Of a stretch of 64,000 bases of DNA, positions 58,794 through 64,000 are shown in pieces; the stretch's first letter is position 1, and the number at the start of each line of letters is the position of its first letter. The notes below the pieces were generated by a model. The model was not told where the DNA came from. It was given only the letters and a program-made list of their open reading frames with translations, and did no database searches. The stretch is from positions 128,001 to 192,000 of the forward strand of contig JBGANV010000004.1 in the NCBI GenBank assembly GCA_044222185.1, given 5' to 3'. The DNA comes from Planctomycetota bacterium (GTDB lineage Bacteria; Planctomycetota; GCA-002687715; CAIWVZ01). The position numbers were made by a program, and so were the translations under genes.

Positions 58794-59645
58794 GTGAAGC
58801 CCGACTTCTACCTGAGCCCCGCCGATCTCGCCGAAGCCTTGGGGCTCTCCGTCTCGACGCTCAAGCGCTGGACCGACAAGGGGCTACTCGCGGTGGAGCG
58901 AACGGCTGGCGGGCATCGCCGCATCGCCATGCCCGAAGCGCTCCGGTTCGTGCGCGATTCAGGCATGAAACCCGTCATGCCGCACCGTCTGGGGCTCGCG
59001 CCTGTGGAGCGCGGCGCTCCCGGCGGCGCCGAGGACCGTGCCTCGCGGATGTGCGAACTCCTCGTTTCAGGGAACGCCGAGGACGCACGCCGGGTCCTGG
59101 TGAGCGCGTTCTTGTCGGGCATGGAGGTGGCGCAGATCGCGGATCGTTGGCTGCAGCCCGCGTTCCAGCGGATCGGCGAGCTATGGCGTCACGGGGAGGA
59201 CGGCATCGCCATCGAGCATCAGGCGACGGACTCCGTGCTGCGCGCGATCGCCGAGATGCGGGCGCTGATCGAGACGCCGACCTCGGCACCAGTTGCGATC
59301 GGTGGCTCCATCGCAGGCGACCCCTACACGATTCCCACGGCGCTCGCCGGTCTCGTGCTGGCCGTGTGCGGGTTCCACGCAATCAACCTGGGAGCCGACG
59401 TTCCCAAGTCCGCGCTCCTCGCTGCCGTCGATCGCACGAAGCCCCGGATCGTCTGGCTGAGCATCTCGACCGACGGGTCGAAATCCGCCAGGCCGTCGGC
59501 GCTCGTAAAGCTCGGCGCGGACGTGGCGGCGCGAGGCGCGGCGTTCGTCGTGGGGGGGCGCTGCGCACCCCAGCGCATCCGCGGTGTGACCGTGGGGCGT
59601 GACCTGGGTGCGCTGGCCGCGTTCGCGCGCGGGATCCTCGCATGA
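58794..59645 (+). CDS. Excisionase/MerR-like HTH plus cobalamin-binding domain regulator (CarH/LitR-like)
   Basis: LSPADLAEALGLSVSTLKRW...RTAGGHRR; Wx9EH motif (WRHGEDGIAIEH); NLGADVP. Confidence 0.87.
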   Translation: MKPDFYLSPADLAEALGLSVSTLKRWTDKGLLAVERTAGGHRRIAMPEALRFVRDSGMKPVMPHRLGLAPVERGAPGGAEDRASRMCELLVSGNAEDARRVLVSAFLSGMEVAQIADRWLQPAFQRIGELWRHGEDGIAIEHQATDSVLRAIAEMRALIETPTSAPVAIGGSIAGDPYTIPTALAGLVLAVCGFHAINLGADVPKSALLAAVDRTKPRIVWLSISTDGSKSARPSALVKLGADVAARGAAFVVGGRCAPQRIRGVTVGRDLGALAAFARGILA

Positions 59646-60685
59646 ACCGAATGCTCGAAGCGGGCCCGACCGACCCGTTGGTGAGTCGCGCGAGTGCGCG
59701 TTTGGGTCGCAGTCGCCCCATCTGGCACGTCGTCCGCGGCTGGTTCGATGCCGGCTTCGGCCCCGCATCGACGCAGGCGCCAGAACGGGTCGACTGGCCG
59801 CGCCTTTGGCCTTTCATCGGCATGCACCTGGGGTGTCTGCTCGCGATTCCCGCCGGGATTTCCACGACGGCGGTCCTCGTGGCGCTCGCCCTCTACGCGA
59901 TCCGCATGTTCGCGATCACGGGCTTCTACCACCGGTATTTCTCCCACCGCTCGTTCCGCACCTCGCGAGCGTTTCAGTTCGTCATGGGATTCGTCGGCGC
60001 GCTGTCGGCCCAGCGAGGTCCGATCTGGTGGGCCGCTCATCATCGTCGCCATCACCGGTGCGCCGACACACACGACGACTTGCACTCGCCCATGCGGCGC
60101 GGGTTCTGGCAGAGTCACATGGGCTGGTTCGCGACCGTCGAGGGGTTCACGACGCACACGGAGCTCGTGCACGACCTCACACGCTTCCCCGAGCTGCGAC
60201 TCCTCGATCGGTTCAACACGGCCCCGCCGCTCTTGATGGGCGCCGCGCTGTGGGGTGTGGGGGCGATCCTCGAGGCCAGGGCCCCGGGGCTCGGAGTCGA
60301 TGGATTCCAGTTGTTCGTCTGGGGGTTCTTCGTCTCGACGGTGGTTCTCTACCACGCCACCTACACCATCAACTCGCTCGCGCACCTGATCGGCTCGCGG
60401 CGCTTTCCGCTGCCGGATACGAGTCGCAACAACCTGGCGCTCGCGCTCCTGACCTTCGGCGAGGGCTGGCACAACAATCACCACCGCTATCCCCACTCGG
60501 TGCGGCAGGGATTCCTCTGGTGGGAGGTCGACATCACCTGGTACGGGCTGAGGCTGCTGGAGGCCGTGGGGCTGATCTCGGACCTGCGCCCGGTCCCGAC
60601 GGAGTTGCTGGCCGAGGCGCGCCGGCTCGCCGCCTCGCGCATCGAAAGGCGGGCGTCGTCGCCCGAGGCTGCCGGCGCGCGATGA
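59642..60685 (+). CDS. Delta-9-type acyl-CoA desaturase
   Basis: His boxes HRYFSH, HRRHH and WHNNHH. Confidence 0.93.
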   Translation: MNRMLEAGPTDPLVSRASARLGRSRPIWHVVRGWFDAGFGPASTQAPERVDWPRLWPFIGMHLGCLLAIPAGISTTAVLVALALYAIRMFAITGFYHRYFSHRSFRTSRAFQFVMGFVGALSAQRGPIWWAAHHRRHHRCADTHDDLHSPMRRGFWQSHMGWFATVEGFTTHTELVHDLTRFPELRLLDRFNTAPPLLMGAALWGVGAILEARAPGLGVDGFQLFVWGFFVSTVVLYHATYTINSLAHLIGSRRFPLPDTSRNNLALALLTFGEGWHNNHHRYPHSVRQGFLWWEVDITWYGLRLLEAVGLISDLRPVPTELLAEARRLAASRIERRASSPEAAGAR

Positions 60686-61440
60686 ACAGCGCGCTCTATT
60701 TCGGGTCGGTGCGGCATCGGCGGCAGGTCCCCGTCGTGCACGAGTTTTCCTACCGCCTGTTCATGGTGTGGCTCGACCTCGACGAGATCGACCGTGCCTT
60801 TGCCGGCCGCTGGCTGTGGTCTTCGCGGCACGCCGCCCCAGCATGGTTCCGGCGACGCGATTACCTGGGCGATCCCAGCGAGCCCCTCGCGGATTCGGTG
60901 CGCCGCGCGGCGGCCGCGAAGATCGGCGTCGCCCCGCAGGGCCCGATCCGCATGCTGACGCACCTGCGCTACTGGGGGTACGTCCAGAACCCGGTGACGT
61001 TCTACTACTGCTTCGATCCCTCGGGCGACACGCTCCAGTGCGTCGTCGCCGAGATCACGAACACGCCGTGGGGCGAGCGGCACGTCTACGTCACGCCGCG
61101 CGCACCCGGCGGCGGCGTCGCCGGAACTTTCGACAAGGAGTTCCACATCTCGCCGTTCATGGACATGGGGCAGCGGTACTCCTGGGTGTTCGGTGCGCCG
61201 GCCGAGCGCTTGCACGTCGCCATGCGAAACGAGTCCCACGGCGTGACGACGTTCGATGCCACGCTCGACCTCGAGCGGGCGCCGCTCGACGGAATCCACT
61301 GTGCGAAGGCACTGGCGCTGCACCCGTGGATGACGTTGAAGGTCTTCTTGGGGATCTACTGGAATGCGCTTCGACTCCGACTGAAGGGGTGCCCGTTCCA
61401 TCCTCATCCCAAGCGATTGGTGAAGGGCGGCACGGCGTGA
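60682..61440 (+). CDS. DUF1365 family protein
   Basis: VRHRR...HEFSY, NPVTFYYC, EITNTPWGERH.Y, KEFHISPF. Confidence 0.92.
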   Translation: MNSALYFGSVRHRRQVPVVHEFSYRLFMVWLDLDEIDRAFAGRWLWSSRHAAPAWFRRRDYLGDPSEPLADSVRRAAAAKIGVAPQGPIRMLTHLRYWGYVQNPVTFYYCFDPSGDTLQCVVAEITNTPWGERHVYVTPRAPGGGVAGTFDKEFHISPFMDMGQRYSWVFGAPAERLHVAMRNESHGVTTFDATLDLERAPLDGIHCAKALALHPWMTLKVFLGIYWNALRLRLKGCPFHPHPKRLVKGGTA

Positions 61441-62732
61441 CCGCGGCGAGTCGCACCCGCGTCGCTGCAACGCCGGCGGCAGTCCCGTCTCTCGTGGACG
61501 GCGTGGCACGCCGGCTCGTGTGCGCCCGGTTCTCGGCGCTGCGCCGAGGGGCCGTCACCGTGATCGACGACCGTGGCGCGTCGCGATTCGGTGCACCCGA
61601 ATCGGGAGAGGTTCCCAGCGGGACCCTGCGCGTCGTCGACCCCCGCGTCTGGCGTCGAGCCGCGCTCGGCGGAGCCATCGGGCTGGCCGAAAGCTACGCG
61701 GACGGCGATTGGACCAGCGACGACCTCGTCGCGTTCATGCGCGTCTTCGCTCGTGAGGCGGCCGTTTCCGACGGCGTCGAGCGCCTCGGCGCACGCCTGG
61801 CGAAGCCCCTGCGACGTCTGCGCCACGCCATCCGTCGGGATACGCGCGCGGGCTCCCGCCGGAACATCCACGAGCACTACGATCTCGGCAACGAGTTCTT
61901 CCGACTGTGGCTCGATCCGACCATGACCTACTCGTGCGCGGTCTTCCCGCGCCCCGATGCGTCGCTCGAGGACGCCCAGATCGAGAAGATCGATCGCATC
62001 TGCCGCAAGCTCGCCCTGAAGCCGGGGGAGAGCCTGCTGGAGATCGGCACGGGATGGGGAGCCCTCGCACTCCACGCCGCACGCCAGTACGGCGTGAACG
62101 TGACGACCACGACCATCAGCGACGAGCAGTACCGGCACGCGACGGATCTGGTGGCGCGCCAGGGTCTCGGCGATCGCATTCGCGTGCTCTCGTGCGACTA
62201 TCGCGACCTCGCGGGGACGTTCGACAAGCTCGTCTCCGTCGAGATGATCGAAGCGGTGGGCGCCGCGTATTTCGACGCGTACTTCGCCGCCTGCTCGCGG
62301 CTCTTGGCACCGCATGGTCGGATGCTCATCCAGTCGATCACCATCGCCGAGAATCGCTACGACCACGCCCTCCATTCCGTCGACTTCATCCAGAAGCACA
62401 TCTTCCCTGGAAGTTGCATCCCGTCGCTCGCGGCGATCATGCGATCCGTGGCGAAGGCGACGGACCTGGGACTGGCCCACCTCGAGGACATCACGGCGCA
62501 CTACGTCCGCACGCTCTCGGAATGGCGGCGGCGGTTCCTCGCCGCGCGGGCGCGCGTCACGGACCTGGGATTCTCCGAGCGGTTCGTCCGCATCTGGGAC
62601 TGGTACCTCGCCTACTGCGAAGCCGGGTTCGCCGAGCGTCGCATCGGTGACGTCCAGCTCCTGTTCGTGAAGCCCGGTTTCCGGGAGGATCCGATCGGCA
62701 TCGGCGCGGCAGCCGAGGGCGTGACGCCTTGA
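61437..62732 (+). CDS. cfa: Cyclopropane-fatty-acyl-phospholipid synthase family methyltransferase
   Basis: NIHEHYDLGNEFF.LWLD.TMTYS, LEIGTGWG, EMIEAVG, YLAYCEAGF. Confidence 0.88.
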   Translation: MTAASRTRVAATPAAVPSLVDGVARRLVCARFSALRRGAVTVIDDRGASRFGAPESGEVPSGTLRVVDPRVWRRAALGGAIGLAESYADGDWTSDDLVAFMRVFAREAAVSDGVERLGARLAKPLRRLRHAIRRDTRAGSRRNIHEHYDLGNEFFRLWLDPTMTYSCAVFPRPDASLEDAQIEKIDRICRKLALKPGESLLEIGTGWGALALHAARQYGVNVTTTTISDEQYRHATDLVARQGLGDRIRVLSCDYRDLAGTFDKLVSVEMIEAVGAAYFDAYFAACSRLLAPHGRMLIQSITIAENRYDHALHSVDFIQKHIFPGSCIPSLAAIMRSVAKATDLGLAHLEDITAHYVRTLSEWRRRFLAARARVTDLGFSERFVRIWDWYLAYCEAGFAERRIGDVQLLFVKPGFREDPIGIGAAAEGVTP

Positions 62733-63514
62733 GCGTCTTCTCCACGCTCGGCTGCGTCTGGCTCGCGGCTTCGGTCTACATGACGCTTGCCTGGGTCGTC
62801 GCGCGGCGCATCGGCAAGGCCGGGATCGTGGATGCCTTCTGGGCGTTCGGGGTCGGCGCTGCAGGAGCTGTTGCGGGACTCGCCGGCGATGGGCTCCTCG
62901 CCCGTCGGGTCGCCGTCGCCGTGGTCGTCGCCGTGTGGGCTTGCCGGCTCGGGGCGATGCTCTTTCGGCGCGTCCTCCAGTCGGCGGAGGATGGGCGGTA
63001 CGCCGCCATGATGAACGCGTTCGGCGCCAAGGCGTGGCCGCGGATGTTCGTGTTCTTCCAGGTCCAGGCGTTCTGGATCGCGCTGTTCGCGGCGCCGGCA
63101 GCGGCAGCGGGGCGCGACACGAGCCCGCTCCGGGTCCTCGACGCCGTCGCGATCCTGATCGGGCTCGGTGCCATCGCGGGAGAGGCGATCGCCGATCGAC
63201 AGCTCGCGGAGTTCCGGGCCCAGCCGGCCCATCGCGGCAAGACGTGCCGCTCGGGACTGTGGGCCTGGTCACGTCATCCCAACTACTTCTTCGAGTGGCT
63301 GCACTGGTTTGCCTATCCCGTTTTCGGGTTCGCCGCGCCGCAGGCGTGGCTCTGCCTCGCGGGGCCGTTCGTCATGTTCGTCTTCCTCTACCGGGTGACG
63401 GGCATTCCGTGGACGGAGAAGCAGGCGCTGCGCTCGCGTGGCGACGACTATCGGCGGTATCAGGCGGAGACGAGCGCATTCATCCCGCTGCCGCCGAGGC
63501 GGAGGATGGTGTGA
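62729..63514 (+). CDS. DUF1295 family membrane protein (steroid 5-alpha-reductase-like)
   Basis: EDGRY, ADRQL, GLWAWSRHPNYFFEW, YQ.ETS.F.P. Confidence 0.92.
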   Translation: MSVFSTLGCVWLAASVYMTLAWVVARRIGKAGIVDAFWAFGVGAAGAVAGLAGDGLLARRVAVAVVVAVWACRLGAMLFRRVLQSAEDGRYAAMMNAFGAKAWPRMFVFFQVQAFWIALFAAPAAAAGRDTSPLRVLDAVAILIGLGAIAGEAIADRQLAEFRAQPAHRGKTCRSGLWAWSRHPNYFFEWLHWFAYPVFGFAAPQAWLCLAGPFVMFVFLYRVTGIPWTEKQALRSRGDDYRRYQAETSAFIPLPPRRRMV

Positions 63515-64000
63515 TCGGCGAATTCGTCACGCGCGCGCTGATCTCCCAAGCCGAGGCGGGGCGGCTCCCCGACGCCTGGATCCGGGCCGGCATCCGCCGA
63601 CTGCTCCGGAAGCGACTCGAGCAAGAGTGCGTGGGGAACCCCGCCGCCGTGGCGACGCGGACGGCTGCGTTCGAGCACGCGCTGCGCAGCGCGACCGTCG
63701 CCGTGGAGACCGCTGCCGCCAACGTGCAGCACTACGAGGCGCCAACCGAGTTCTATCGGATCTCGCTTGGTCCGCGGATGAAGTACAGCGGCTGCCTGTG
63801 GTCCGACGGCGTCGTCGACCTCGCTGGCGCGGAGCTCGCCTCCCTCGAACAGGTCGCGGCGAGGGCGCGATTGGTCGATGGCCAGGACGTGCTCGAGCTG
63901 GGCTGCGGATGGGGTTCGTTCACCCTGTGGGCCGCGGAGACGTTCCCGAACTCGCGCTTCACGGGCGTGTCCAACTCGCGGACGCAGCGGGAGTGGATCG
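63511..64000 (+). CDS. Second Cfa-like SAM methyltransferase (runs off the window)
   Basis: From GTG 63511: LPDAWIRAGIRRL...ANVQHYEAPTEF...LGPRMKYSGC...LELGCGWGS...VSNS. Absent from the supplied ORF track. Confidence 0.9.
   Translation, partial: MIGEFVTRALISQAEAGRLPDAWIRAGIRRLLRKRLEQECVGNPAAVATRTAAFEHALRSATVAVETAAANVQHYEAPTEFYRISLGPRMKYSGCLWSDGVVDLAGAELASLEQVAARARLVDGQDVLELGCGWGSFTLWAAETFPNSRFTGVSNSRTQREWI

Overview
High-GC bacterial DNA. The gene content (ECF sigma next to a Ser/Thr kinase, MoxR-VWA operon, many secreted proteins with 'SRP' motifs) suggests Planctomycetota; this is inference. In order: gene relics and a secreted FG-GAP protein; a ChrR-type anti-sigma/ECF pair divergent from a DUF4331-lipoprotein-DUF4198 operon; a TetR unit; a structured 231-bp tandem repeat; GH95-like, methyltransferase and uppP genes; a decaying ~10-kb block (amber-interrupted M50-like gene, nonsense-inactivated AbiEii toxin, ECF plus kinase fusion); a ~21-kb MoxR/DUF58/BatA/VWA/giant-TPR cluster; a transporter; and a putative photo-oxidative stress locus (B12-binding regulator, fasciclin, SOUL, desaturase, DUF1365, cfa-like, DUF1295). 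Best finding: the first gene of the MoxR cluster has an in-frame TGA directly after a Cys codon, followed by a SECIS-like hairpin and 53 more sense codons. It is a candidate Cys-Sec selenoprotein heading a cluster of thioredoxin- and retropepsin-fold proteins that lack their catalytic residues. All family calls come from motif recognition by eye; no searches were run.
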